NCBI GenBank assembly: GCA_051294375.1
Contig: CM119270.1
Span: 8,173,063-8,237,062 of the forward strand
Direction: 5' to 3'
Origin: Paraspadella gotoi
Lineage: Eukaryota > Animalia > Chaetognatha
Length of the DNA stretch: 64,000 bases
Below the pieces are notes generated by a model. It had not been told where the DNA came from and ran no database searches. It worked only from the letters and a program-made list of their open reading frames with translations. The translations under genes were made by a program, and so were the position numbers. Within the stretch, counting starts at the first letter, position 1. Every line of letters starts with the position of its first letter. Shown piece by piece: positions 28,526 through 40,639 of this stretch.

Positions 28526-28756
28526 ATGGGCAAAAAACTTAGGACGTTCGGCTACATCGCCGGCGGCGCTGTGATCGGCGCCACGGTGGTGGCAACTGGC
28601 GGCGCCGCCGCCTGCGCTATCGGCGCCTCTTGCGCTGGCTGGACAACCGCCGCTGCTGCTATGCCCGCCGTCTTGGGCGGCGGCGCGGCGGCCGGCGGTA
28701 CCGCTGGCGGCGCCATGGGCTACGATATGTCGAAGAATAAGTCAAAGAAAAATTAA
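28526..28756 (+). CDS. 76-aa glycine-zipper hydrophobic peptide with basic termini
   Basis: GC-rich intact ORF in AT-rich surroundings: MGKKLRTFGYIAGGAVIGATVVATGGAAACAIGASCAGWTTAAAAMPAVLGGGAAAGGTAGGAMGYDMSKNKSKKN. It has GxxxG repeats in two hydrophobic segments. The ATG directly follows a 3' splice site (ctaatgactaat...ttggcAG|ATG), so an upstream coding exon cannot be excluded. Confidence 0.75.
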   Translation: MGKKLRTFGYIAGGAVIGATVVATGGAAACAIGASCAGWTTAAAAMPAVLGGGAAAGGTAGGAMGYDMSKNKSKKN

Positions 28757-28840
28757 TTAATTAAAGATATGTCGAAGAATAAGTCAAAGAAAAATTAATT
28801 AATTAAAGATATGTCGAAGAATGAGTCTAAGAAAAATTAA
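28724..28840 (+). repeat. 42-bp tandem triplication spanning the stop codon
   Basis: gatatgtcgaagaataagtcaaagaaaaattaattaattaaa occurs twice, followed by a diverged third copy. Confidence 0.9.
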
Positions 28841-29340
28841 CGTTGGTGATAATGAAGTCGACTGCGAAGATGGGGCGACGAACGAAAGGTCGTGGCACGA
28901 TCGAGGTTAGTATTTAATTTTGGTAGGATGTTACGTTTTTTAAATTTAAAACAATTTTTTTAAAAATAATTTTTCACAGGATTTCCGTTGTTGGATATAC
29001 CACGGATCACTGTGCCCGAAATTGAATTTGATTTCTTTAGTCTTAGTTAAACCATGTCTGAATTGGTATATAATTCGTAATTTAATTGTTTTTGATTTTC
29101 TGTTAAAGTTGAAAAACTGAAGTTAAAAATAAATACGGCTTCCACTTTTGTTTTGTTTTCGAATAAAGTTTGACTTAGAAAAATTGACCGTAACTGGTTT
29201 TATAAGCAGTTTGACTAAGCGTGGAACAATTTTACAATATTGCGTTTCCCAGTTTTAAAGTTCAAAGTAAAACGATATAATAGATTTTGGCTTCTCATTA
29301 TCGAAAAGTGTTATGAAATTGGTACAACCAATATAAAAAT

Positions 29341-29516
29341 TATCCATTCATTTAATAAATAAGCTATCTTGCCCCTGACTTTGGACAGGCTTTGGTGGTT
29401 TAAGGCCTCCATCACTCTTACAAGATAATGACATAGCAGGTCCCTGCAAGCTTTCAATCAAGACTCTCTCACAGTCTCGTTTATTCCCTCCCAGAGTTCC
29501 TGGCTTCCCTATCAAT
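29341..29516 (-). mobile_element. L2/CR1-tail-like dispersed repeat, diverged copy
   Basis: The reverse complement reads attgatagggaagcc...aagcttgcaggg...aggcctt...caaagtcaggggcaagatagcttatttattaaatgaatgga and aligns to 25123-25280. Confidence 0.55.
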
Positions 29517-30096
29517 GAAGTGTTATATAAGTTATATAATTGAAATGTTTTTCAAGCCATAAATTTTAATATTTCGACGCTTTTAACGACAAGAGTCAGA
29601 GTCACGAGTCACGCCGTCATCGTGACAAGCGTCCAATGTGATTCAACCCAGGAGTTCTCTCCGTCTCCGTCCTTAATGTAAACAGGGATGGAAGGGCGTG
29701 GCCTGCAACGAAGGCGGAGATTTTGGTCAGTCGGAAAAGGAGGGCTCGTGTCCAGAGAGGCGGTAAGAAGGGGCCTGCGGTGAACTGCGTCCAATAAGGC
29801 GTGGCCACTCGCCCTCGCGTCAAAAGGGAGACGATAAAAGATGACCGGAGGGAAAAAAAGAAAATTAAATGAATGTAGAGAGAAAGGGAGAATGAGAAGG
29901 GATTGATGTTAAATGAAAAACGCTAATCATAAGTGATTGCGAGTAACAATGTAACAAAGTTGGTTTTTATTAAGATTGCTTTATCAATTGAGCGCTGGAT
30001 AAGCATGATTAAATTAACAACAACGTCACTGTCGTAAAAATGAATTAAAATTATTCCCGGATGATGTTTTGCAACTGACGATTCTTTCCATTACAT

Positions 30097-30147
<51 letters not shown>

Positions 30148-30570
30148 CCTCACTCTTCCTCTCTCCGCTAATTTGACCATCGAGATCGAGCGCCGCTTTG
30201 ACTAATGGAATCCGCGCCGCGGAAATTCGTAATAAAAACCCCAAAAATAATGAGAGGGAGAAGGGAAAGATGGGGCGAAGGTTAGGCAAGGATGGGAGGA
30301 AGAGATGGGAAGAGGTTAGTGAAAGATGAGAGGAAGAGATGAATAGAAAGTGGAGGATGAAAAGATTACGATTAGAATTGAAAAACCCAGAGGGAAAAGA
30401 AGGGGGATTAGGTTAAGCGGGTAAGACGGGGAAATCCTCTCGGGGAATTAATTTCTTTGGAATTGTCTTTCCTAAACGTAGATATTGAAAAAATGAACAA
30501 ATGGATGGAACATTCTTCCGATAAAGGTTTGCCTATTTACTCTGAGTCTGTTGCTGTTGTTGAATTGTAT

Positions 30571-30632
30571 AAGCCAGTTGAACGTTGCTCAGACTGCTCT
30601 AAGCCAGTTGAACGTTGCACAGACTGCTCTAA
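30571..30632. repeat. 30-bp tandem duplication
   Basis: aagccagttgaacgttgc(t/a)cagactgctct x2. A 29-bp duplication also lies at ~30845-30904. Confidence 0.85.
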
Positions 30633-31022
30633 CGGATAGAGAATCACCCGTAATGAACACCTTTATTTTCCATTATCCTCCAATCGCCGTTGTTTTTAAT
30701 GCACTTAAGTAAAATTATTATAATTATCATTGAAAAGGTAATTATAATTTATTATTCCGTTACAAATTTGTTTCTTTTTCCTTCCCTTTTCCATCCACTT
30801 TATCGCTTGGTTAAGTACGTCCCCTGTTTTGACCTTACTCTTACTTTTACCCTCAACGCGCCTCACCCTGTACTCTTACCCTCAACGCGCCTCACCCTGT
30901 ACTCCCTTCCAATCTACACTTTCTCTCCCTTGCGACGGCGAAGGTCTTTGATCGCAAGTAATTTGTCTGGAAGCTTTCTCTCTCTCTCTCTCTCCATGTC
31001 TCTCTCCTTCTGTTCTACTCTC

Positions 31023-31107
<85 letters not shown>

Positions 31108-31971
31108 GATATGCTTGATCTTTTCGTAGGCTGACAGAAGGAGAGAGTAGTAGATGTCAAAGGGAGCGAGAAAATACATTTAAAATTTAATAAAAGCGTT
31201 TTGAAAAAAAATGATTAAGATTTTTATAATAATTAGCTTAACTTATTTATAATTTTCTATCAGGGCTTCCAGAAAAAAAAAGAGAACTTTCGATTCCACA
31301 TTGTGGTGTTGTGTGGTGTGGTTTGGTGTGAGTACTTTCTCACAGGGAGAGAGAGAGAGCGAGAGAGAGAGAGATGGCGAATTGATTGTAGGGCAACAAA
31401 TTGTCGCGATGAATAGCGGCTGACGACTTTGAAGTCTCCCGCGTTGATGGCGACGAAAATAGCGACGAAAATAGCGACGACGATATCGACGACGACTACA
31501 ATGACGACGACAATTTGGACGACGTCTTCGGACCGGAAATGAACGTCGAGACGTCAACATAAAGAAAAGTAGAGCGACTAATTTTTGTTGTAAGGGCTTT
31601 TTTCTCTCTCTCTCTCTTTCTCTCTCTCTCTTTCTCTCTCTCTCTCATTCTCTTTGCTCCTCATTAGATTTGTGGGAACAAACTGTAAAATGTATTATTG
31701 ACAATATTTTTGAGTACAAGTGTTATTTTTTAACCGAAATTAGTACAGTTTTGCTTCCAGAACTGGCGAAGCAGCAAAATCACCTCGTTGGAGAAACCTT
31801 CAATATTTACCATTAACAAAGCGTTGTTGTTGTTGTCGCTAAAACTTGAGATATAATGGACGCGTTGACCTTCGCTTAATAGTCTAAAATAACAATCGTC
31901 CACCGAAGAAAAATATGATTACGACTGACCGACCAAACGTCCGAAGCTAATTCTTTATTGCCCAACAGGAA

Positions 31972-32012
<41 letters not shown>

Positions 32013-33351
32013 TCTCTCTCTCTCTCTCTCCTCTCTCTCTCTTCTCTCTCTTCTCTCTTCTTTTTCCGCTGCGAAAAAATGTCACTCCCGTTTATTTTTT
32101 TCGTGGTCGGGGATTCGCCGACAACAAAGACTGACCTTTTTTTAAATCTGGGTAAGCTAACGGTGGGGTGGAGTCAAATGTGGAGGAAAGGAAGAGAGGA
32201 AGTAAAGGAGGAAGGGAGAAAAAAAGGAAAGTCTTATGATAATATTTGTTAAACTCGTCATGTCATTTTTGCCTGCACGTCACTTATATAAGACTACACA
32301 TAGCAAATTCGTTAAGCAATTCATGCCATCATTTATAACTTCTCTCAAAAAAATTTCTTTTTTCCTTCTATTATTAAATCTGTTTTCAATGCAACTTTAG
32401 GGATTAAGTTAATTGGGTTGTTGCACTGAAGCTTTTAAATATTTAATAATATATAACAAATCAAAAAAAAAAAATTTATTTTATTTTTTAAGAACGGATT
32501 CCTATAGAGCTTGAAAAGTTAAATAAAAGTTTGTACTACAATTTTTTTAAATTTTGACAATAAATTGGTTAAAAATATAAAAAAACTTAAAAAATCATCA
32601 TCATCATCATCATTGACTGAATTTTATGGTTTTTTAAATTTTTTATCAGTAAAACAAAAAAACTTTAAAAAGTTGTATTAATAACCTTTATCTAACTTTT
32701 AAAGCTCTACCAGAATCTATTAAAAAAATTTTAAAATTTTAAAAAAATTTTAAACTTTATAAAGAAATAAAATAATCTTTAAATGCTTCCGTGCGCTAAT
32801 CAATAAGATAAATTTTTAAAATTATTTTTATTTTCATATTCTCTCACAGTCTCTTAACCATTATTTATTTGAGAGAACTTCTAGTTTTCAACCTGTTCCG
32901 GCCTAGCCAATTTAAATCTCATCGAAAATTCACTTGTAACGTCCCATTCGTTTGCCACGGGATGTTGTATCTGTCGGTGGCGTCATGTCATTTTCTCGAA
33001 TCAGGTCATGTCATGTCCTTCTGTCATGTCTGATCCTTTCGTAAGATCAGAAGGAAAAAAACCCGAGAAGGAATCATCTGTTCGGAGGAAGACTTCTCAA
33101 AACCGAATTTATTCCAAGTAAGAGATGAGAATTGTCGTCGTCGTCGTCGTCGTCGTCGTCGTTCTTCATCATCTGTTTCTGACACAAAGAAGAAAGAATC
33201 AGGAGCGGGAATAAAAAGCCGGGATTTGTTCTCTTTATTTTTGTAATTTCCTCCGTTTTTTATCTTCCTTTCTTTCCTTTAATTTCTCTCATTTCTTTCT
33301 TGTCTTTCTTTCTCACACGATTTCGAGCATTTTTTTTCCTTTCATTTAATC

Positions 33352-33435
<84 letters not shown>

Positions 33436-33714
33436 TTATTCTTTCTTCTTTCTTTCTTTCTTTATTTTTTCCTTACTTCTTTTCCTTCTTTCTTTTCCTT
33501 TTTTCTTTCTTTTCTTTTTTTCTTTATTTCTTGCTTTTTTTTTCTTTATTCCTTTCTTTCTTTCTTTTCCTTTTTTCCCCTTTTTTTTCTTCCTTCGGGA
33601 ATCGACCGAGAAGGACTCGATTCTTTCGCTGGGGAAAATCGCGGAAGGTCGAATTAATTCCAATTAGGATCCTGCTCTCTATCTCTATCTCTCTCTTATT
33701 TTCCCGCTTTCTCT

Positions 33715-33767
<53 letters not shown>

Positions 33768-33984
33768 TTCTCCCGTCTTTGTCCTTTATATCCGCTTTTA
33801 TATTTATCCCCCTCTTTCTCCTTTACTTTCGCTGAAATCGTAAAACGAAGGAAAGAGAGGGGGAGAGAAAATTCGTTTTCCCCACCGGTCATTTTTCGGA
33901 AAGAGGTTTCTTTGTTGGTTGGTTGGTTGGTTGGTTGGTTGGTTGGTTGGTTGGTTGGTTGGTTGGTTGGTTGGTTGATTTGTT

Positions 33985-34046
<62 letters not shown>
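33352..34046. repeat. Compound microsatellite block (TTTC)n, (CT)n, (GGTT)n, (TTTC)n
   Basis: Runs at 33352-33435, ~33710-33765, 33913-33976 and 33983-34046. Confidence 0.92.
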
Positions 34047-34047
<1 letters not shown>

Positions 34048-34264
34048 CTTTTTATTATTTCCTTATCTCACTCTTTTTTTCTCTCATTCTCTTTCTCTCT
34101 CTCTCTTTCTCTTTCTCTATCTCTCGATCGCTCCATCTCGTTTAATGACAACAACCGATTTTTTGCCTTCTCTTTTCTCCTCCACCGATTCCATTCTTCC
34201 TTTTCTTTATTCCACCTTCTTCATCTCCTTTTCTCATTTTCACGATTGGGTCAAACACATCCAA

Positions 34265-34311
<47 letters not shown>

Positions 34312-35296
34312 TTCTCTCGCTCTTTCCCTCTTGGCAAAATCCAGAGAAGTGAGTTTTTAATCTTCTCTTTTCTGTTGGGTTCGGTACAATTGGCGAGACG
34401 CGAGAGAAGAATGATTAAATGGGAAAATAGAAGTATTTAGCTTGGATGTTTAAAGGTGAAGGAGACACGAATTTCGGTTACGTGGAGTTCGAGATTAAAC
34501 AAAGTAGTAAAAAGTAGGAGAAAATATTAATCGTATTTTATCATTAATCAAAATTACAATGTAGTACTTAACTACTAAGTTTGGCTTCGTTTTCTTTGTG
34601 GAGGAAGAACCTTCCTTGCGCACAAGACAAATTCAAATGGAATCGTGTGAGTTCTGGACCTTAAACAACGACGACGACAACAACCCAAAAACAAAGAAAT
34701 TCCTACCTTTTACGCGGTACAATTACTGTAAAACGTGATTGTACCGGTTTTATCCGATCAAAAGCAACGAGCTGCCGAATTTATCGTTCGCTTAATCCGT
34801 TTTCCCTTCGTTAAAACCGAATAACCATCATCGCAATCGAAGCAGACCTCTGAGCTCGCAGTTACGGAAAACGAACCGTGACGGATTTAAAGTTTACTCT
34901 GCGGGAAGAAATGAGATTTCTCGTTAATCCGAGGGGAGCGAATCGAGCCTCCCGATCGAGGCCGGAATCGCGGGAGTGATTTGAGCTCCACGCGACATCA
35001 CGCTTAAAAATTAAAACAAAGGTCTTTCGCAGCAATAATTTTTAAACAGACCAACCAACCAAGCGATTCCATCTAGTATCTTGCACTTGTAAAGTTGCTT
35101 CTACAATCAACATGCTATGACTAGTATTACAGAACTGCACAAGCATCTCAGAGGAAAATCAGTATTAACCAAAAACTTTGGCTTTATTGTATAAATGATA
35201 GCAATCCGTTCCTGGTCTAAAACAATTGTAATGGGAATTAGCATGATTGTTATAAAAGAAATAAATAATGAAATAACCAAATATATTTAATACAGT

Positions 35297-35535
35297 ATGG
35301 CAACAGCCGGGTTGCCTGTGATGCCCATTGGGATGGGGCATCTCACTGTTGGCTTTGGGGGCTTCCGACCCTCAGTGACGCCTCCAGTCACTGGCGCGGT
35401 TACCCTAGGACGGTCTCGCTTTGCCAACGCAGAGGGAAGTCGTTAGGACTGTGGATGGAACACTACACCTGGGATGGTGTGTTCCCCCTCTGAGCCAATG
35501 GATTTGGCTGACAGAAGGTGGACGTGAGGTGGTGT
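35297..35535 (-). mobile_element. Structured SINE-like element, copy A (A-box-like motif, no recognisable B box)
   Basis: Shares a ~100-nt hairpin-rich domain and head motifs with 63024-63258. Noisy re-reads lie at 48694-48945 and ~49545-49900. Confidence 0.6.
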
Positions 35536-38500
35536 GAATATACCGCCACAACAGATTTATATTGCCAGAAGTAGATCAAAAAACTTTAAATCTTTTTCAC
35601 ATTTTGAATATGCCAGATTGTATGCTATAATTTTTTTACTGGCTAAACGGTCTAAATTTATGCCAGATCTGGCACACAGTAGGGCTGCGCATCGTTCGAG
35701 TCGAAGTTTTCCGCCGCTTCCTCTAATTGGCTTCTCCACTCAAGACCCGTCCCGCCGCTCAACTACGGATTTCAAACGACCGTCACGAACGACGACAGAC
35801 GACACATACAGCCTGCCGACGCTACTGTGATGCACGTAACGTAAGGTGCCTCTCTGGCCGAATCCTCGCTGATTTCAATTGCTCGTACCATATAAGGAGA
35901 CGACAGATCAACGATTAGCCAATCATCCCTTACCGCGATTCGACTTCGTGCGTTCTAAGTGCCGACGGGCGCTCGTCGAATTCCGCAACGCGCTAATGAG
36001 TTGGTGGGGACTATGAATTATCAGGTGGCGCGCATTGCCATCGTCGTCAAATCTGTTGCGCCATCAGTCTGCACGACCCTCAAAGAATGTAGTAATTTGT
36101 ATGAACGAAGGAATTTTTCTTTCTCTGGCCGTTAATATTCTCTCTCTCTGTCATTTCTCTCTCTCTCCTCCTCCCGGTCTCTCCTCGTCTCCTGTCTTGT
36201 CCTCTCTCTCTTCATTTCCATCTCTCTCTCCAATCTTCTCCTCATCAGCCTCCTTCTCCCACCCGTCTGTACTGCGATGAAATCTCTCTCCTTCGGCGTC
36301 GAATTACTTCCGCGTTCGGACCGAATCCCGTTCCGCGCAGCGAGGATCCCCAGGAGACAGGACAGGTCCATCGAGGACTACGAGTCATGTCCACTGGGAT
36401 TTATCTCCGGCGCCCGATCACACTCCCAACGGCCCTCGTCGGCGTCATGACACCCGCCATCGAGAACGCTCAACGCATACCGGACTCCCGACCGCCCGAC
36501 GTGCCCTATCCCTGTGCGACGCCCCCGCCTCCTTCGCTCGCGACACGCTCGCCAAATTCCGGATTGTGGAAAGCGAATGAAGGTGACCGTCTCCGACGGG
36601 GTCGATCGCGAAGATACTCACGTACCGTCCGGGGCGAACATCAGTACGACAACCACCACACTGTTACGAAGTAGGCCTTGGGACTCGGTTGCCAAGTCAA
36701 ACGGAAGAATCGCAGCGAGAGGTCTGATGGCACAACCTAAAGTGCGGCGCCTGAGGCACAACGTTTGAGCCCCCGTCCGAGGGCCCAGGAGTCAGCCCGC
36801 TCTATTAATGGAAATGACAGAGGGAGAGGGCGAGGGAGGCAATTCGAAGGTATATTTGGCAAGACTTGCTAAAGGGATGCGGCCTTGCCTGTCTGACCAG
36901 CTCGGTGGGCGTCTCCACGCGGGTGTATTGCTTTGCCCAACTCTGCTTTGCTCAACTGTTGGGATAGTGGTGTTCCCCGCTAATCATTGCGAATTACGAG
37001 GTTGAATGAAGTTGGTGTTGCCGATGAAATATAATCCGGCCATACACACGTCTATCTTTTGTCCTATTATATAGTTTTTGGCAGTTTTGCAACCAATTGT
37101 TAGAACTTGATAATTAATAAAAGTTCTAAACTTCCATACTATGTCCGAGGCGGAAAGCGACGGCGTCCGCGCGTCGAACTGCAACCTCCAGCGAAGCCAC
37201 CGACTGCCGCCTTCAATATCTCTCACCGGCCAAATTAACTTCCACTTCTTTCCTCCCGCTGGTCAAATCGCTCTTCATTCCCGTCGCCCAACTCGCCTCC
37301 AACTCTGACTCCAACATCTCCGCTCATTTGGAAACAACCGGCAGTTGAGAAGTCGCAACTCGCCTCGAATCTCCCTCTCGTCTTTGGAAGTGGAGAGAAA
37401 TCGTCAGGTCGTTGCTCAAGGGATTTTATTTAGGACATTCTATAGTTTTATTCAGTATTTTTATGCATTAAACTTCAAATTATTCACAGAAGAGAATACT
37501 ATAATTTTGTAAATACTGCGAAACGATCTATTTAACTCACAAATTAAATATATAGCTGAACAGTCAATAATCCAAAACTTCTGAAGGCACAAATCCGAAT
37601 AAAAAAAAATTGAAAATAATCGTAGCTGCTACAATAATCATAAATCGAACATTAAGACTGAAATGACCCAACATAAAAGTTACTCGCTTACACTTTGATT
37701 GCATTTCTTAGGCCAACGTGCAACTGATCCCTTCTACCAGTCTCCTCCGAGTTTCCATACAAGTGGGAACTCACACTTTACGATTTTTCCCAGTGGAGCT
37801 CAACTCGTTTTAAAAGTTTCGCCACGGTCGGCTTCGCAGCAGCAAGCCGCAGCATCGTGAGTCGCTCGTTTCATATAGATTATTTAAAAGTATTTGTGCA
37901 AAATAACCCTTTCAGTGCTAATTAATGCTAATTATACCTGACAGAACACTCTATATACTAATAATTTATGGTTAGGAAAAGTCAAATTTAGAAATAATCT
38001 TTACGCCTCAGTAAATCCACTCAGCAATCCGATAATATGCAAATAGCTTCGAAGCTCGATATCAATTTGAAACTTCCAACAAACTAATATATTTAATAAG
38101 ATGGGAGCATCTGCGAGCGCATGGTTTTGACCTAGCTCTCAACACGGGACCTCGAGTGATTTCGCTTTTGAATCTTCTTGACTGAGAGTCCCCTGCGGAT
38201 CCTTCGGCCGAGAGGAGACTCTGAGGCCGACGCAAACCCGCACGTCCTCGTCGCGACTGCGAGCCCGTTACTGCGTATCTCAACCACTGACCACTTCTCC
38301 GCCTCCTTCGTCTTCTACCCGTTCTCACTCCAAAACAACAACACACAACAACAATCACATGTGACCATCGGAGATGAGTTTAAGAAGGCCTCGTCTCTGG
38401 GGTCAGGAAATTGACGAACAGTAGGTCGAGTCCAGTCAAAGCGCAGGGAGATGGTGAGTTCAAAAGGTATCATTCAACAGAGCTTCTATCCTCTCTCTCT

Positions 38501-40639
38501 CTCTGTCGTACTCATACCCTCTCTCCTCTCTTTCTCTCTCTCTCTCTCTCCTCTTTCTGAGAGCTCTGAAAGTCCCATACATGTCTCTGGTATTCCTAAT
38601 TAGCTTCATAAGTAAAACTTTTGTAGTCACGTAGTGCCGCCGAAAGCTCTCCGCTTCCGTGTGCTCAGAAATACGATCCGCCCAACAAATGACAGGGACC
38701 CATAGTAAAAGTCAGATAGAAGAGAGAACGGAAGAGCAAGTGTTGGTTTATTTTGTCTTAAAAATTTGGTCAAAACTCGCTAATAGAAAGGTAATTGTTG
38801 TACTAAACCACATCCTAACCCGAGTCCCCGAGCCCCTTAGCCCAATTAAAATCCTTCACGAATCTCCGCGGAAACAGCTTGCCGGTATATTTCTTCACTC
38901 CTGGACGTGGTGGTATGTCAGGCGCCGCTATTGAAGACGCCAGAAGCCGAGGCGCCGTCCAACACCGTCGCACGGTCCCGCTGCGGACGATACACTACTG
39001 AGTTTCACGGCACATCAGGCAGAGCCAGCAAGCGGAGCGGCTGCTCAGCGAGTCTCACAAGGAGGCAGTTATATAGTCAGAGCGAGCGAGAGCAAAAAGA
39101 GGTACTTACTTAAAAATCGCATTTAGGGTTTAAGTATTTAGCAGAGGTTGGTTACTTAATATACTTAATATTTGGTTTTTAAACTTTTTAATTAAAGATT
39201 ATTTCGTTGTCGTGAGATAGGCGCGAAAGGATCAGCACTGAATGATTGTTCGAACAAGACGGAAAAATATATGATTGGGTCCAGTTTCAAGTCAGGTATA
39301 ATGAAAGTTTTCAACTTTTTATTCCTTTAGATTATATTTAATTGAGATTTAAATTTATTCAGGCCTTACAATATCCGGAAATGAATTCATATTACTCAAA
39401 AACAAACTCCCAATCAAAGGGCGCTCATATGTCCTACTCATCCGATTAAATGACGATCTACTATATATTTTAATATTAATCGCCTCACATATAGCCGTTT
39501 GATAATCTTTAGAATTAGAACTCCTTTTCTATAAGAAAAAAATACTGTTGGTTACAAAGGAGATAAACGTTTTTTATGTTATGTTTGCTCATTAATAATC
39601 GTTTGGGTGGAAATTAGTCTTCAACTGTATTAACGAGTTTGTATTAAAATCTAGAAACATTTTATTCGCTTCTAAACGGTTGATTGTGATTTTTTTAAGA
39701 ACGAGCAATAATATTTTATTATTGGCAGTTATTAACCTTGATACTCAATTCCATTGTTTCTATTATAAAAGTACTCGTACAATGTCAGGGTTTTTGTTAA
39801 CTCTGTATCAAATACGGCGCTATATTCATCGGTATATTAGCTGTTGAACACATTCGACTTTTTAAGGAGGAAGACTCAAAAATTTAAGTCATTCCTCCCA
39901 AATCGGCCCGCTTGTCAAATTTAAGAAAGAGAATATCTTTTTAAGGCTTTTTTAGTTTGGCTACTCTCGTTATCTATATGGCATTTTTGACATTTCATGT
40001 AAATTATCCTGTCTCTATTAACGCGTTGGTTATTTCTCATTCGATGATGCTATACGTTTTGCCAAAAAAAAGTTAAAAAGTTTATCGATGGAAAAAGTTT
40101 CTTCTCGTGTTTGAACATTCGGCCAGACCGTAACTAAAAAAATATTTTATCAATCATTGGTGCAGCCATTGTATTTCCAATTTATCATAATTAGTATCCT
40201 TAGTTTCGTATCTCATCTTTTTCCTAGCGTAGATAATTTCAGGTGATGCTTGTTTTTAGGGCCTGGAGTTGGATGCCATGTTTTTTTTTTTTTTTTTTTA
40301 ATATCTACGTACGATGCTTGTATTAAATTTTCTTTCTCCCGACCAATTAAATTTATCCTTAAAATACATAAATTTGTTGATTGGAATTAGGTCTTCGTTA
40401 AATATCTTCGTTACATTACAAATTTTATACCATTTCCACTATCGACTCATTGATGTTCGATTTCGTGTACTTCTTCTTTTTCAAGTTTCGATTCGTTAAT
40501 TTTATACCAATTCTTTCCTCTTGACGTTAAAGTAAATAAAAAAAAAACAATAAATGAAGAGGAGAAAAGTGAACCGTAAATCGATTTGAATCTCGAAAAC
40601 AAAGTCAAATATAATAAATATAAATAATATTTATATATG

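Larger units (their letters stand above)
23270..28890. repeat. Tandem segmental duplicate, copy 2 (contains the intact glycine-zipper ORF)
   Basis: Colinear with 16385-23240. Confidence 0.9.

Noticed and set aside
35370-35400. HDV-like ribozyme in the GAC-GCCTCCA-GTC hairpin
   Set aside because: I could not assemble the P1, P1.1 and P2 pairings or the J4/2 catalytic C strand by eye.
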